The notes under the pieces were generated by a model. It did no database searches, was not told where the DNA came from, and was given only the letters and a program-made list of their open reading frames with translations. Positions 25,533 through 27,099 of a DNA stretch of 27,099 bases are shown one piece after another. The DNA is from a virus (lineage: Duplodnaviria > Caudoviricetes): IMG/VR virus record IMGVR_UViG_3300039208_000099, positions 1 through 27,099 of that record. One strand, written 5' to 3'. Numbering within the stretch: the first letter of the stretch is position 1; each line of letters starts with the position of its first letter. The translations under genes and the position numbers were made by a program.

Positions 25533-26385
25533 ACCCACTCCCTCCGTCAAGTATTATTGCTGGCAAGAATTTCTTCTCGTCTCTGTACTCACTCAAATAT
25601 CGTCTCTCGGCCACCAGATACATTTCAGTCTCAGGATTCTCGTATGGAATGCCTCGCTCTTCAAGCCAGTCAATGCAATCTTGCCTGTATCGCTCATTCC
25701 CAGTCGTAGTCAATCCGCCGATATGATCACAGTCAGAGCCCATTGTGGTGACTCGATAACCTGCCTCGATGGTCCGAAGCGGCCAGATACGATCGTAGAA
25801 GTGAGCCAGTGTGACATCCTTCCAGGCATCTTCCTTCTCAAGATGCGGCACAACATCTCTCCTGAACATCATGAAGAGTGAGTCGAGCACCAGCGATGGC
25901 TGCTCTCCGTCGATCCTGAGCCCATGTCCAGGCTCTTGCCCCTTCCATGTTTGATCTCCGACCTGGACTTCTCGGCCCATAAAATTGCAGACAGTATATC
26001 CGCCACGACCACCACGCTCATCGACTTCACGAGATCCGCAAAGTCCGATCAGGCCGAGCTTCTCATCTTCTTTGAATGCGATCTCCATGCGACGATCCCA
26101 TCCTGGCTCATAGAGCATCAGATCATTGTGCATCAGGCCGATGAATTCTTCGTCTGGATATTTCTCAAATAATTGCAGCAGTGGCCTGTAGTAGCCGATA
26201 TTCGTATTGTTGCGAATGACATCTATCTTCTTGCCATTCATCTCTGTGCAGCAGTCATATGGAGTCTCAGAGCCATTGTCGATGATCACAATTTTTGTAC
26301 TGCCGAGCACTGCATTCTTTGTCGCATGATCGACAGCGACCTTCGTGAGCTCGTGGCCCTCTACCACTGGAAGTCCGAGAATCAT
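25507..26385 (-). CDS. Glycosyltransferase family 2-like (GT-A fold)
   Basis: IVIIDNGS, RNNTNIG, LMHNDL, LDSLFMMFRR, HFYD and CDHIGG motifs; start 26385 by ATGA coupling. Confidence 0.85.
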   Translation of the reverse strand: MILGLPVVEGHELTKVAVDHATKNAVLGSTKIVIIDNGSETPYDCCTEMNGKKIDVIRNNTNIGYYRPLLQLFEKYPDEEFIGLMHNDLMLYEPGWDRRMEIAFKEDEKLGLIGLCGSREVDERGGRGGYTVCNFMGREVQVGDQTWKGQEPGHGLRIDGEQPSLVLDSLFMMFRRDVVPHLEKEDAWKDVTLAHFYDRIWPLRTIEAGYRVTTMGSDCDHIGGLTTTGNERYRQDCIDWLEERGIPYENPETEMYLVAERRYLSEYRDEKKFLPAIILDGGSGYEIRYLAR

Positions 26386-26615
26386 TTGAATACCGCCTTC
26401 AGGTGATCCCATCTGCTCATCTCACGATAGCGATGTGACTTTTTGTATTCATTGACGGCTCTGACACGCTCCAGGCTGATCATAATGGCCAGGCTCAGGA
26501 TCTTGCTCTTCCGTTTGATCTTCTTCTTGTCAATAGCATATTCCAGGTATTTCTTGGCTCGGCCCTTCAATCGGACCAGCTCATCATTGCTTTCAGGGAA
26601 TTGATCAGCATTCAT
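26382..26615 (-). CDS. Hypothetical basic protein
   Basis: Start reassigned to ATG 26615 (TGATG overlap with aminotransferase stop); 77 aa. Confidence 0.55.
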   Translation of the reverse strand: MNADQFPESNDELVRLKGRAKKYLEYAIDKKKIKRKSKILSLAIMISLERVRAVNEYKKSHRYREMSRWDHLKAVFK

Positions 26616-27099
26616 CACTTCTTCACCTTCTTCCGCTGACTTTGAGCAAATTTGTTGCACATCCCTGTCACATGATCGAGCTCTTCTATACTGAGCCCCC
26701 AGTGGACAGGGATGCATATCATTCTATCCGCAAAATAATCCACTCCGTCAAGTCCTTTGCGAGCAAATTTTTTGAACACAGTGTATTCATCATTCCGCTT
26801 GTGGACCTGATTGACCATGACACCATTCTTCTCTGCATAGGCTTTGAAGGCATCACGCTCCTTCTTCGATGGCAGGATCAATGTATAGAGCCACCAGGCT
26901 GATCTGCGGTCCTGGCCTTCGTGCTGCCGCACAAAATATGTGTCCAGCTTGTCATGGTAGTGCATTGCATTGTCATAGTGAGACTTCAAGATCCGATTGA
27001 TGTGATCCATCTGCACGATTCCGATCGTGGCATTCAAGTCATTCATGTGCATCTTATAGCCGAATTCTTCAATGTCCTGATCGATCGTGACTGGGAAAC
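26615..27099 (-). CDS. DegT/DnrJ/EryC1/StrS PLP-dependent sugar aminotransferase, C-terminal part (5' end outside window)
   Basis: Frame open to window edge: FPVTIDQDIEEFGYKMHMNDLNATIG...SAWWLYT...ICIPVHWGLS, the typical DegT C-terminal half. The catalytic Lys region is outside the window. Confidence 0.85.
   Translation of the reverse strand, partial: FPVTIDQDIEEFGYKMHMNDLNATIGIVQMDHINRILKSHYDNAMHYHDKLDTYFVRQHEGQDRRSAWWLYTLILPSKKERDAFKAYAEKNGVMVNQVHKRNDEYTVFKKFARKGLDGVDYFADRMICIPVHWGLSIEELDHVTGMCNKFAQSQRKKVKK

Noticed and set aside
509-26902. Numerous plus-strand ORFs of 60-190 aa and short alternative-frame minus-strand ORFs in the track
   Set aside because: They lie antisense to or inside well-supported minus-strand genes, lack recognisable motifs, and read as shadow translations.
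1-27099. Stop-codon reassignment (code 15 or 25)
   Set aside because: TAG, TGA and TAA all terminate full-length recognisable genes that abut the next start; coding density is high under code 11.
19680-27099. Serotype-conversion (GtrABC-like) or captured host O-antigen operon
   Set aside because: No flippase, polymerase or polytopic membrane GT is visible, and the enzymes are interleaved with phage-like small ORFs. Disfavoured rather than excluded, because the cluster is truncated.
1-27099. tRNA, rRNA or other structured RNA genes
   Set aside because: Intergenic gaps are too short (the largest is about 80 nt) and no cloverleaf or rRNA-like sequence was seen.

Overview
This is a 27 kb segment of a tailed dsDNA phage or prophage with a siphovirus-type layout. 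Essentially all real genes are on the minus strand, tightly packed and often translationally coupled. Reading from high to low coordinates: (1) a >7 kb sugar-biosynthesis and transfer cluster (DegT-family aminotransferase, GT2, PseH/WecD-like GNAT, FkbM methyltransferase, a second GT2, RmlB-like 4,6-dehydratase, GT4) interleaved with small hypotheticals; (2) a Zn-ribbon protein and a sigma70-r4/LuxR-type HTH protein; (3) terS, terL, portal, Mu-F-like head protein, protease-scaffold and major capsid; (4) head-tail joining genes, tail tube, a tail chaperone with a -1 frameshift, tape measure, Dit-like and hub-like proteins, a C1q-like receptor-binding protein and several unknown genes; (5) a lysis cassette ending in an amidase endolysin cut by the window edge. 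The best candidate for an undescribed system is phage-encoded virion glycosylation. The cluster could make a methylated 4-acetamido-4,6-dideoxyhexose glycan, and a T-x-S-G motif occurs 13 times in virion proteins while I found none in the non-virion proteins, suggesting an acceptor sequon. A family of TATAAT-purine-rich promoter-like repeats and a strong tetranucleotide bias are also visible. All family assignments come from motif recognition by eye; no database searches were run.
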